Below are positions 1-12,599 of a DNA stretch of 64,000 nt, one piece after another (within the stretch, counting starts at the first letter, position 1; every line of letters starts with the position of its first letter). The notes under the pieces were generated by a model. The model ran no database searches and was not told the origin of the DNA. It saw only the letters and a list, made by a program, of their open reading frames with translations. The DNA comes from Octopus sinensis. Taxonomy: Eukaryota. The stretch lies in NCBI RefSeq assembly GCF_006345805.1, contig NC_043002.1, positions 91,016,001 through 91,080,000 of the forward strand. The letters run 5' to 3'. Both the position numbers and the translations under genes were made by a program.

Positions 1-452
1 GTTCAGGTTTCTCTGTCAAGTGTAATGCTTATTTATTTAAACTGATTGGAATTAGTCATGCATTACCTTGTAGCTTTGAGATTTCAATGATGTGATTTCT
101 TATTTTTAGAAATGACATTGTAAGGTAGGTGTGAGAGACTGGATCTGGCGATCAGTTGGAACATAAAGTAGGAAGAATATTTTGACCAGATATGGCTGGT
201 TTAAATGCTGAAGGGTTAACACCTTCAATACTGACGCACTTTAGACCATCTCTGGTTCTGTGATACAAGCTACTTGTTTTAAAGAGAATTAGATTAAAAC
301 CTTACTTCAAAATTTTATGTAAATTTAATTTCCAAACTGCAACTTAATAATCCTTTCTTCTACAGGTTCAAAGTTTGAAATTTTGGGGAAGGGGTCAAGT
401 TGATTATAGTGCTCAAGTGGTACTTGTTTCGTCTACCCCGAAAAGGATGAAA

Positions 453-524
453 GACAAAATTGACAAAATTGACAAAATTGACAAAATTGACAAAATTGAC
501 AAAATTGACAAAATTGACAAAATT
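453..524. repeat. Perfect 9-mer tandem (GACAAAATT)x8 inside a family D SINE
   Basis: Eight exact units. Confidence 0.97.
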
Positions 525-1319
525 GTGGTGAAATTCAAACACAGAACATAAAGACAGCATTTTGTCCAGTGTGTTTAACGATTCTGCTATCTGGACACTT
601 TACAGAAGCTCAAGGAGAATAAAATTTTCTTACAGATTCTCCATTATTTTAAAAATTAGTTGAAACAAAGACTGTATTTCAAAGATATATGGTAACAAAA
701 GGGTTAAAAACAACTGGCTGCTGATATGTCAAAATCAACATGAGAGTCTATAACTAGTAACAAAAAAAAAACTCTGAAAACAACAGGCAAGGGTGGTAAC
801 TCAATTAAGATCAGATAATTGAAATTTTTGGAAAATAAATTTGATGCAAATTGAACTGGAACTTGTCTTTAACTGGTGAGAGTAACAGACATGTTTTGAT
901 TCTTTAAAAACCATTTTACCATTTACCTTCAACATTTTTGAAGCTTCTCCTTCCCCGTTTTATATTTTTGTTAGTGTTTCATATCTGTTCATATAATGGT
1001 GGTGGGATGGGAGCAGCGCTGATATATGTGTGTTTGCGTGAAAATTCTGTTTGTATGTGTGTGGCAATTTTGGATTGATGTTATGCGTTGCTCTGTGCAT
1101 TAGTGTGCTTGGGGAAGGTGAATATGGTTTTTTTTGTATGAATATGAGTATGTGTTGCTGTGTTACTCCTCCTCCTCCTTCTTCTCCTCCTCTTCCCCCT
1201 TTTATTTTCTTGACTTTCCCCTTCCACCTCTACCCTGGTGTAAGGTTATTTACTTTTATTCCAAATGCCTTTATACAACCAGCATTAACTCATTAACTCA
1301 GATTGACAGCTAATGTTTT

Positions 1320-1845
1320 CACCACCACTACCATTACCATTATAACTATCACCACCTCAACTACTATTAGAACCACCACCACTACTACTATCACAACCAC
1401 CATCACCACTACCATCACCACTACCATCATAACTATCACCACCACCCTACTACTACTACTACTACTACTACTACAACCACCACCTCTACTACTATCACCA
1501 TTGCCATCAATACTACTACTACTGCCTCCACCAGCTACTTGCCACCACCACTACCACAATAACCATCATAACAACCACCACCACCACCACCACCACCACT
1601 TCTGATACTACTATTTTTGTTGTCTATGAGATTCAATTAATATATTTAATAAAAGTGGGGAGAAAAATATATAGCGAAAGTGTGAGAGAGAGAGAGAGAG
1701 GGTGAGAAAGAGAGAGAGAGAAAGAGAGAGGGAGAGAGAGAGAGAGGGAGAAAGAGAGAGAAAGAGAGAGGGAGAGAGAGAGAGAGAGGGAGAAAGAGAG
1801 AGAAAGAGAGAGGGAGAGAGAGAGAGAGAGAGAAAGGAGGAGGGG
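1320..1845. repeat. (ACC/ACT)n tract followed by a (GA)n tract
   Basis: Visible simple repeats at about 1320-1600 and 1685-1835. Confidence 0.95.
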
Positions 1846-2105
1846 CAAGGGCAACTTTGAAGTTGTGGTTGTTAAATCGTTCAGTAATTGCTGACGGGGC
1901 AAATTATGGTCACATGGTTAGTGACATCATTGGTATCTTATTTGTGTATAATCAAGCTACAGCAGTGGTAGCAATGGTTGTGGTGGTGGTGGTAGTGGTA
2001 GTGGTAATATTGACACTGGTTAAATGAAGTCATCTTTGACTCAGTGAACTTGCAGTTCGATACTGCTCAGCTGATCAAACATGTTGAGCTTATACCAACA
2101 ATCAT

Positions 2106-2512
2106 AGGCGCAGGAGTGGCTGTGTGGTAAGTAGCTTGCTTACCAGCCACATGGTCCCAGGTTCAGTCCCACTGCGTGGCATCTTGGGCAAGTGCCTTCT
2201 GCTATAGCCCTGGGCCAACCAATGCCTTGTGAGTGGATTTGGTAGACGGAAACTGAAAGAAGCCTGTCGTATATATGTATATATATATGTGTGTGTGTGT
2301 GTGTTTGTGTTTGTCCCCCTAGCATTGCTTGACAACCGATGCTGGTGTGTTTACGTCCCCGTCACTTAGCAGTTCGGCAAAAGAGACCGATAGAATAAGT
2401 ACTGGGCTTACAAAGAATAAGTCCCGGGGTCGATTTGCTCGACTAAAGGCGGTGCTCCAGCATGGCCACAGTCAAATGACTGAAACAAGTAAAAGAGTAA
2501 AAGAGTAAAAGA
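2106..2512 (+). mobile_element. tRNA-derived SINE family A, full length
   Basis: Head GGAGTGGCTGTGTGGTAAG (A box) ... GGTTCAGTCCC (B-box-like), internal (TA)n(TG)n linker and (GTAAAAGA)n tail. More than 20 full or partial copies in the window. Confidence 0.9.
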
Positions 2513-2589
2513 ATCAATGTATCTCTCGTGATGTCATTTAGTTTAAGACTGATCTTATGAGTGATTCTCTCAGTTAATGTGAGACAAGT

Positions 2590-2880
2590 CATACTTCTGT
2601 TATTTAGTTGGTTTCTTAAGTCCTTTACTTCCTATGAAGCATAGATTATCAACAACTTTTTCTCCAATGTTCCTAGTTCTAGGCTGTATTTTTTGGCTTC
2701 TCTCCAGTTGGATTTCTGCTTTTACATCTCTTCCTCCTCTCAGATTTTGCTGTACCATGTCGTTTGTTTCCCTAAAGCCTTCCTCTCTCTCGTGTCTTGG
2801 CTTTGAATTGTCATTGATGCTTCTGCAACTAGGTAGAGGTGTTGGCTCTGTAACAAGATGAGAGGTCTCCACACTGGAAG
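2590..2880 (-). mobile_element. Probable RTE LINE 3' end, heavily decayed
   Basis: Ends in ...VVDNLCFIGSKGLK, like RTE C-termini, with a frameshifted RGRP-like segment upstream. Confidence 0.45.
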
Positions 2881-4059
2881 GGTTCAGCTTGCATCCTTTA
2901 CATTAAAATATTAATCGAAGGAAAGAGTCAAGACTTCTGATTAACTTCAACAGTATAAAATATTTATTTCTTGATTCACAATATATATATATACATTTCT
3001 TCTTTCTGGGCAAATCGGCAGCCTAGGAGCTTATTGCAGTAGTCAAGTGGAGTGAGCCAAATCCTGTCCATTCCAGCATAGCTCTCGAATGCCAGCAGCT
3101 GAACAAGACGGTCGTATTTTATCAGCTCTCCCAAGCTGCTATCTTGTGATGTAAGGGATGCGAGCTGTACCCTTCCAGTGCAGGTACTTCTCATCCCGTT
3201 ACAGCACTATGCAAACCCATTTTTACCTCTGGGAAGCAGTCTATTAATCTGTTGTGTATGATAGACCCTACCAGGAATTTGTACTCCACTGGCATAGCTA
3301 TCAGAATCCTTGGAGTATATAAGCCACTAGACCATAACAAGGACTGGATCTTGTAGTGGTCACAGTCCAGTTGGTATCCAATATTTTCTTAGAATGGATG
3401 GAACTATCAGATCAAATATGCGTTTATTTATTACCCACAAGGGGCTAAACATAGAGGGGACAAACAAGGACAGAAAAACGGATTAAGTCGATTACATCGA
3501 CCCCAGTGCATAACTGGTACTTAATTTATTGACCCCGAAAGGATGAAAGGCAAAGTGGACCTGGGCGTAATTTGAACTCAGAACGTAACGGCAGACGAAA
3601 TACGGTTACGCATTTCATCCGGCATGTTAACGATTCTGCCAACTCACCGCCTTGATCAAATATGGTAGCCCTTTAGTGTCTCTGGGTGTCAACAAGGGTT
3701 TTCCTGACAAATTACAAAAGTGGTTTGTTACTGTTTTCCCCTGGAAATCAAATTTAAACACAGAGGAAATTGGACTCTTGTTTACAGTAAGGGGACTGGG
3801 CCATTTTGAGAGTTGAGTGTCACAGATACATCTATACATTGATGTAAACAGGGAAGAATTCCCATACTTCTAAATAATCTACTGTTTAAGTTGTCAAAGC
3901 TCCCAGTTCATGCTGGCTTCTACACAGTTTCTGACTTGTAATTCATTTTTGTAAGGCTTTGATTTATCCATAGCATTGGCAGAAGACACTTACCCAAGAT
4001 TCTGTATAGAGAGATTGAACAAAGACCCACGTGTTTGTAGAACTTTGAGGTCCACTCTT

Positions 4060-4320
4060 TAACCTTGTTACTCTTTAACCTTGTGTTACTCTTTAACCTT
4101 GTGTTACCATATTTCTGTCGACATAAACTGATTATGTTTCAATTAGTTTTGAAGATAATGAAGAATTTCGTAAAATGAATTTCTCATTGTTAAGCTGGGG
4201 TTTTAAACAAGTTATAATAAAATTTGGATGGAAAATTATAATTTAGACCACTTTAAGGCCTTAAATTTATGTCTTAGAACTAGGGGCAGTCACAGGTGAG
4301 CTGGTATCAAAAGGGTTAAT
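4060..4320. mobile_element. Second piggyBac-like MITE family with a short terminal tandem duplication
   Basis: Ends AAAAGGGTTAA and starts with three copies of a CTCTTTAACCTTG(TG)TTA unit. An inverted relative at about 217-707 is split by a SINE. Confidence 0.5.
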
Positions 4321-4803
4321 TACATTCCCAATTATGATTGTGTTTGTGGAGGTGCATGTCTTAATGGTTAGGTTGTCAGCATCATGATCATAAGATTGTG
4401 GTTTCAATTCCTGGACCGGGTGACGCGTTGTGTTCTTGAGCAAAACACTTCATTTCACGTTGCTACAGTCCACTCAGCTGGCAAAAATGAGTAATGCTGT
4501 GATGGACTTGCATCCCCTCCAGCTGGGGAACACATACATCATAGAAACCGGGAAACTGGGCCCATGAGCCTGGCTAGGCTTTAAAAGGGTGCATTTATTT
4601 TATTATTATGATGATTGTGTTTACTAAGAACCTGACAACTAATTGAAATATCAGTCGTCCATAATTGGAATTTGGTACTTCAGAGTGATAAAGTTCACCT
4701 TTGTTTGTAGTGATGTTAAGAATGAGTGTTTTGTAGCTGTGGTGAACGTGCAAGGAAAGTGACTTATAGTAAACTACATCCAGGAGGTTATATATAAATA
4801 TGT

Positions 4804-5113
4804 GGAGGTGCAATGGCCCAGTGGTTAGGGCAGCGGACTCGCGGTCGTAGGATCGTGGTTTCGATTCCCAGACCAGGCGTTGTGAGTGTTTATTGAACTA
4901 AAGTACCTAATGCTCCACAAGGCTCCAGTAGAGAGTGGTGGCGATCCCTGCTGTACTCTTTCGCCACAACTTTCTCTCACTCTTTCTTCTGTTGGCCTGC
5001 TCGCTTAGCCAGCGGGGTGGTGTCATTTGAAAGCTAATACAATGTGAAGCGCATTGTGACCAGCGATGTGTAGCAACATCAGATAGCCTGGTCAGTCACG
5101 GTGATCACAGTGA
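4804..5113 (+). mobile_element. SINE family B (alternative 3' end)
   Basis: Same tRNA-like head as the 16150 copy. Related minus-strand copies at about 14862-15146, 39580-39868 and 53350-53654. Confidence 0.85.
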
Positions 5114-5789
5114 TATATAGATATTACCTGTCATTCACTTTAAGTTATGGGAACAGAAGTACCAGCTTTGTGATGTTATGAACAAAGGGACTTCTAAGTG
5201 GTCATTCAACACATCAGAAAAAAAGCAGTCAAATTTTTCTTAGATAACACTCTACCACTTTATGAAAGAAAGGGAAACCTGAAAAACAAAAAAGAAGTGT
5301 TGGTTGTCATATCTGGAACATTTTTGATACGATGCCAGTTCAATCAATACTGACCAAGCAACAATCATGTACACCCTATGTTATTCAAAGGGTTTAGCAT
5401 ACTGTGTTGACTTCCAGCTACTTTTCCCTGTTTTAAGGTTACCTGACTGAACGTTTCCTGTACTCTTAGTAGTGAGGTGACATGGCATATTGAGTGTTTC
5501 TATAATCCTGCTTGTGGTCAATTGACTTACTTACTTAATCAAGATCAACTGGCTTTAATCAAGGTCAACTGACTTATAATCAAATGCCTTTCATTTTTTT
5601 TTTACCTTTCCTATCAAATTGACCTGCTTAATATACCTTAAGTCAATTACAAGAATTGTTGTTTGGTCAGTTATTCTATTTGTTAACCCACAGAACGAAC
5701 ACAACTTATTTATAACCGTTATTTTAAAACTGTTCATATAACATTATTGTATAACAATTCATAAATCTCATCTTTGGTCTTGTACTGAT

Positions 5790-6110
5790 GCTATAAGATA
5801 CATGCCTGAAGCCCTCATCATAAGTCTTGTGTATGCACCATCAAAGCAATCCTCAGGCTCCTTCTTAATAGTCCAAGCTTTAGAGAAGAATGCTCACCAC
5901 AGACACACCCAGAAGAAGTTAACCCTTGGACTTGATTGCCAGATGTTTTGAAGCTTGTTACTGGCTCTCCAAGCTTGTCCATCCACCTTTTTCTATTATT
6001 GCTGAGTGCAAGGTAGGCTTCGCTGGCCACTGTGCTTGTGCTGAACAACAAGCATTATATGATGCTATATTTTGGGGAGTTTTACACTGTAGTGCTTGAT
6101 GAGGGCCACT
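5790..6110 (-). mobile_element. RTE LINE RT fragment, decayed
   Basis: The minus strand reads AWTIKKEPEDCFDGAYTRLMMRA, resembling the RTE motif TWTLT..LE..LDG.YTRLLR. Confidence 0.65.
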
Positions 6111-6145
6111 CAGTTGCATGGATATTGTTGCTAGGGAGATAGTAT

Positions 6146-6406
6146 CTTTTACTCTTTTACTTGTTTCAGTCATTTGACTGTGTGCCTTTAGTCGAGCAAA
6201 TCGACCCCAGGACATATTCCTTGTTAGCCTAGTAATTATTCTATCAGTCTCTTTTGCCAAACCGCAAAGTTATGGGGAAGCAAAAACACCAACATCAGTT
6301 GTCAAGCGATGTTGAGGGGACAAACACAGATGCACAAACATACACACACACACATACATATGTACATACATACATACATACATTCATACATACATACATG
6401 CATACA

Positions 6407-6446
<40 letters not shown>

Positions 6447-6620
6447 CTCATATACATATATACGACTGGCTTCTTTCAGTTTCCGTCTGCCAAGTCTACT
6501 CACAAGGCTTTGGTCAGCCTGAGGCTATAGGAGAAGACACTTGCCCAATGTACCATGCAGTGGGACTGAACCTGGAACCATGTGGTTCGTAAGCAACCTA
6601 CTTACCACACAGCCTATGCC
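6146..6620 (-). mobile_element. SINE family A
   Basis: Reverse-complement match to 2106-2512 with an expanded internal microsatellite. Confidence 0.85.
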
Positions 6621-7449
6621 TATATGGTGAAACACATCTGCTTGGTGCATGGGGTAGTTGTATGGTTACGTTTGGCTGCCAACCACATAGCTTCAGGTTC
6701 AGTGCCACTGCACAGGGAAATGTTCTTCTATAGCCCCGTGCTGACCAAAACGCTGTGAGTTGATTTGATAGACAGAAGCTGAAAAGAAGCCCTTCATGTT
6801 TATATATGGTGCTGGTACCATATAAAAAGCACTGGTGATAGAGCCACACAAAAGAAAGCACTGGAGATGGTACCATGTGAAAAGTACCCTGTACACTCCG
6901 TAAAGTGGTTGGCATTAGGAAGGGCATCCAGCTGTTGAAAGTATGCCAAAACTGACTTTGGGACTAGCTGTCGTTCCTGGCCTTGCCAACTCCTGTCAAA
7001 CCATCCAGCCCATGTCGACATGGAAAAGAGACATTAAATGATGATGATGATGATGATGAATCTGGATGTGGGTGTTTGTATGTTTGTGTCTCTTCATCTT
7101 GATATCGCATAATAGTTGTAAAAATGAGTGTCACTGTCATACAAGCAGTATCATTCATTTCCAGTATTCTTCAAGATCGTGACTGGCCATGGGGAAACCA
7201 TTAACTTGTATGGAAACAGGTGAAGGTTGACAACAGGAAGAGCATCCAGATGTAGGAAAAGAATTTGCTTCAATAAAACTTTGATCTGTGCAAGCATGGA
7301 ACAGTGGGCTTTAAAACAATGACAATGATGATGACAATCACAACAATATGACAACAATGATGATGACAATGATGATCTCTTGCTGCTTGAAAAGATATAC
7401 CTATTAACCATTGTTACCAATCCATTGCATAAAACTATTATACATAATT

Positions 7450-7860
7450 AGGCGCAGGAGTGGCTGTGTGGTAAGTAGCTTGCTAACCGACCACATGGTT
7501 CCAGGTTCAGTCCCACTGCGTGGCATCTTGGGCAAGTGTCTTCTGCTATAGCCCCGGGCCGACCAATGCGTGGTGAGTGGATTTGGTAGACGGAAACTGA
7601 AAGAAGCCTGTCGTATATATGTATATGTATGTGTGTGTATGTTTGTGTGTCTGTGTTTGTCCCCCTAGCATTGCTTTACAACCGATGCTGGTGTGTTTAC
7701 GTCCCCGTCACTTAGCGGTTCGGCAAAAGAGACTGATAGAATAAGTACTGGGCTTACAAAGAATAAGTCCCGGAGTCGATTTGCTCAACTAAAGGCGGTG
7801 CTCCAGCATGGCCACAGTCAAATGACTTAAACAAGTAAAAGAGTAAAGAGTAAAAGAGTA
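7450..7860 (+). mobile_element. SINE family A
   Basis: Near-identical to 2106-2512. Confidence 0.9.
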
Positions 7861-9095
7861 ATTAGCGTATATAATTATACACTAAAAGAGACCAATATTA
7901 TAAGTACTAGGCTTAAAATGAAAAAATAAATCTGAGTTGTTCGACATAAACCCTTCAAGGCGGTGCCCCAGCATGGCCACAGTCAAATGACTGAAACAAA
8001 TAAAAAACAAAAGATAAAAACAAATAAGCACACAAACAATGCTTCACAAGCCTGGCTACATCTTCTGATCCATTCTTATATAGCTTGTTCTTAAATAGCA
8101 TTTTTATGCAACAATTATTTATGTGTCCATTGTTATATAACTGCATAAATAACCAATGCTCTGTTACCATTGTTGTATAACACTGTTATATATCATTGCT
8201 TGAACACTGATATTACATAAACACTGTTTCATAACCATTGTTATGCTGTTTGTTATTGTTATATAATTGATGTCATGCATCAAAGTTATATAATGATGGC
8301 CTATATAACCGCAGTCGTATAACAGTGTTCATTTAGCTGTTGCTATATAACAGTTTAATACATGAGAGAGTGACAACTTGAATTACCCCCTTTTCTTCTT
8401 TTTCTTCTTCTTCTTCTTCTTCTTCTTCTTCTTCTTCTTCTTCTCTCTTTCTTTCATTATCAAATATGTTCCGACTGTCCCTCACTCCCTGTCCCAAATC
8501 CTCCCTGCCCCTGTAGTTCAGTCCTCCTCTTCCCCCTCTTCTGCATTTTCCCTGTTGTCTCTACCTCCTGCCCTTCCCCTCCCCTATATGTAACCTTTAG
8601 TTTCATTTTCCTCTCTTCCCCTCTCTTACACCTAACCTTAGTTCCTCTCTTTCCTTTCTCTCCCACATCTAGCCTTTAAATTCCATCATCCCATGTTTAC
8701 CATTTTCTATGACTTTCTGACTCATTTCTCTCACATTGCATTCCTTCCATTTTCCACCCTCAAACCTTTATAACCCCACCTCTCTCTGCTTGTGCAGTGT
8801 GGATTCTTATGGAATTCAAGACAACCTCACAAGTGCTAGCACCCTGATAAAATGCACTCAGTATACCCTTTAAAGTGGTCGGCATCATAGGTTGGAGAGG
8901 AATACTAGTCTTGCGAAGAATATTACACCCACTCTACTGCTGGCACCATGATAAAATGCACCAAGTATATTTTATAAAGTGGTTGGTAATAGGAAGGACA
9001 TTTAATCATAGATAGAAAGCTAAAAATAATATAATACAAGTAAGACATGATCTGCTGATCCAGGTAAGAGGTCAGTAACTCCAAAAAACTAACTA

Positions 9096-9484
9096 GGAGT
9101 GGCTGTGTGGTAAGTAGCTTGCTTACCAACCGCATGGTTCTGGGTTCAGTCCCACTACGTGGCACCTTGGGCAAGTGTCTTCTACTACAGACTCAGGCTG
9201 ACCAAAGCCTTGTGAGTGGATATGGTAGACGGAAACTGAAAGAAGCCCATCGTATATATGTATATGTATGTGTGTGTGTTGGTGTGTGTGTGTGTTTTTC
9301 CCCTAACATCGCTTGACAAATGATACCGGTGCATTTATGTCCCCCATAACTTAGCAGTTCGGCAAAAAGAGACCAATAAAATAAGTACAAAGAATAAGTC
9401 TTGGGGTCAATTTCCTCGACTAAAGGTGGTGCTCCAGCATGGCTGCAGTCAAATGACTGAAACAAGTAAAAGAGTAAAAGAGTA
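9096..9484 (+). mobile_element. SINE family A
   Basis: Colinear with 2106-2512. Confidence 0.85.
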
Positions 9485-11707
9485 GGAGCATGACCAATAA
9501 TTGAAATTGGGTGTAACATGGTAGTGGTGGCAGCGGTGGTGGCAGCACTTAAGTCAAATTTCTTCTTTCATAGGTCCAGGGTATGATATATATATTTTTT
9601 TTTATTGAAGTGAATTTAGCTATAAAAGCATTGGATTAAAAATTGCCTTAAAATGGTAGGGTGGGGTTGAGAAGCAGAAAGTTTTCTGCCTGCTTTTTTT
9701 TTTTTTTTTCATCTCCAAGGGGTTTGTAACCCAATGCTTATTTATTTATAAACTATTTATTTATAGCTGAACTCATTTTACGACACATCATTAATTAACA
9801 CTTATTTGCATATTTCTTCATGCTTCCTCTACATGTGCGCGCATGTACATCATCATCATCACCACCACCATTACCACCACCACCACAACCAACGCCGCCT
9901 CCACCACCACCACCACCACCACCGTCATCATCACCACCACAATCATTGTTTCAATACCCACTTTTCTGTGTTTGTATGGATCAGACAGCATTTGTTGAAA
10001 CAAAATTTTCTACAGCTGGATCCCCTTCCTTTCACCAACCCTCACCTGTTTCCAAGCCAGGTAATATTTCTCTATGGCCAGATGTGTATTTTTCACAGAT
10101 AATTGGAAACGAAAGAAATGAAAGACATTGCTTGCTTGTTGGTAAAATTCATTTGCAGTTAATACATGATATCAAGACAAAGCGACACCTGCATGCATAC
10201 ACAGGTATACACACGTATACGCATATGTATTTACACAAACAGATAGCAGGTTTCTTTCAGCTTTCATCTACCAACTCCACTTACAAGGTTTTTGGTCAAC
10301 CTGTGGCTTTAACAGAAGACACTTGTCCTCGGTGTCACACCACAACCACCACGATGCATGCACTTTCTATTCTGGGATGGATTCAACAGGTCATTATGAT
10401 CCTAGTTGTGGACACCCACTGGTATTTTCATACATACAGTCTCCATTGTTCCCTTATAAATACATATACACACACACATACATCAGTATGCAGGCACACA
10501 TCTATTCTTCACACACATACACGCAAACACAAATCATCATCATCATCGTTTAGCGTCCGCTTTCCATGCTAGCATGGGTTGGACGGTTCAACTGGGGTCT
10601 GTGAAGTCAAACGGCTGCATCAGGCCCAGTCTGATCTGGCAGTGTTTCTACAGCTGGATGCCTTTCCTAACGCCAACCACTCCATGAGTGTAGTGGGTGC
10701 TTTTTACGTGCCACCCGCACAGGTGCCAGACAGAGCTGGGAAACGGCCATGAACGGATGGTGCTTTTACGTGCCACCGGCACACCCTAAAATGTTTACTT
10801 TCACACTATAAATCTAACTACTACACCCATACACCAACACCCCACTCTCCCAATGTTGCCCCAAGCATGCACACCTCTATGCACATACATATACCATACA
10901 AACACACATACCAATCCACATTTGCACCCACTTTTAGACAAAGATACACTCTAATACTGGTATCTGCAGATCTCAACCTTCCACCTTTCTTAAATATCCT
11001 AATATCTTGTCTCTAACACTTTACTGTTTTTATTCACTAACTATTTTTTTTCTCACTCATCCTCTGCTTCTTTTTCCATTATTTTGATGAAGGACTTAAT
11101 GTCCAAAAAGTTATGACACTATTTCTTTCCATTAAAGTGTTAGACTAATAGCTTATTTGTCAAACTTTGTTCTTCATGTGTTATCCTTTTTAATATGTAA
11201 TGTATTTACACATATATTTGGTTATATACGTGGGATAAAACATGCATATATACATTGATATATACACATCATGCACAGAAAGTGTCTTGAGCAAGACACT
11301 TCATTTCACATTGCTCCAGGCCACTCAGCCATAAATGGATAACCCTACCCACAAAGGTGGGGAACTTTTTGACTATTGGAGAATGTTTGCTTGTTTACCT
11401 AGCCAGAAGTGGGGTGGCATCACTTGAAAGCTAAAGGGATACAATGTAACTATTGATTTCTAACAACATCTGTTAGTCTGGTCTATCACACAATCACAAT
11501 ATAAATGTGCGTGTATGTGTGTGTGTGCGTATGCATATGTATGTGTATGCATGCGTATGTATATATATATATATGTTTCTCTCCTTGTTTTTTCTGTGTC
11601 CCTTTCTGTAGAAGAGCAATTTTCCTATTCCTGAGCGTTATACTAATACATCTGTTTGTTTTGTACACCACCTGTCTTCGTCTTTTGTTTTTTTCGTAAA
11701 CTCTCCC

Positions 11708-11764
<57 letters not shown>

Positions 11765-11849
11765 TATATATATATTACCAAAAATGTAACCACTTGTGAA
11801 TCATTGGCGATTTTCTTCCTCCATCTTCCTTTCTATTGGATTTTCCTCT

Positions 11850-11884
11850 GTTTCTGAAGAAGAGCATTGCTCGAAATGTTAAAC
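11850..11884 (+). ncRNA. Minimal type I hammerhead ribozyme-like motif on the gene sense strand
   Basis: GTTT-CTGAAGA-A-GAGC(ATT)GCTC-GAAA-TG-TT-AAAC. Confidence 0.55.
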
Positions 11885-12154
11885 CATCTTTCTTTCCTAA
11901 CCTGAAAGTCAGCTATACTTTACGTGTACTATGCCCTCATGTTGTGGTTTCTTTGTGTTTGTTCTTCTCTTTTGGGATATATATATATATATATATATAT
12001 ATTTTGTGAAATAGAAAGATGAATAATCTTGTTGCAGATTAATCAAAAGTTTAACCGATACCTTGGTAGCAAAAATCACAGCAGAAGACAGCACGGTTGG
12101 AGGTACAACCATATGGTGTTGCAACCGTGCGTTGGTGCGGATAATTGAATTTTA

Positions 12155-12363
12155 ATATTATTAGTGAATTGAAGAAATGGAGTTGAACGATGATTGAACA
12201 GAAATCGTTTTATTGCATTCTACACGTGTTTCGAAAGGCACAATTTACCAAATTTACCAATCGGAATTGGTAAATTGTGCCTTTCGAAACACGTGTAGAA
12301 TGCAATAAAACGATTTCTGTTCAATCTTCGTTCAACTCCATTTCTTCAATTCACTAATAATAT
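12155..12363. repeat. Near-perfect foldback: 97 bp arms, 15 nt loop, 1 mismatch
   Basis: Arms at 12155-12251 and 12267-12363. The only mismatch is T12191 against T12327. Confidence 0.95.
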
Positions 12364-12494
12364 ATATATATTATATATATATATACATACACACACACAT
12401 ATATGTGGAGGCACATGGCCTAGTGGTTAGAGCAGCGGTTTCACAGTCGAGGGATCGCAGGATATCCATATTGCTTATTTTGATATATATATAT

Positions 12495-12546
<52 letters not shown>

Positions 12547-12556
12547 TATAATATAT

Positions 12557-12599
<43 letters not shown>

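Noticed and set aside
4804-4880. tRNA-like sequences at SINE heads
   Set aside because: They continue into SINE bodies and lack a 3' acceptor strand, so they are not tRNA genes.
9574-9580. 7 nt microexon-like GTCCAGG between catag and gtatga
   Set aside because: The donor is weak, it would shift the frame, and such a match is expected by chance in 64 kb.
9820-10572. 250 aa ORF
   Set aside because: It runs through (CAC)n, SINE fragments and a LINE tail, with no splice or domain signal.
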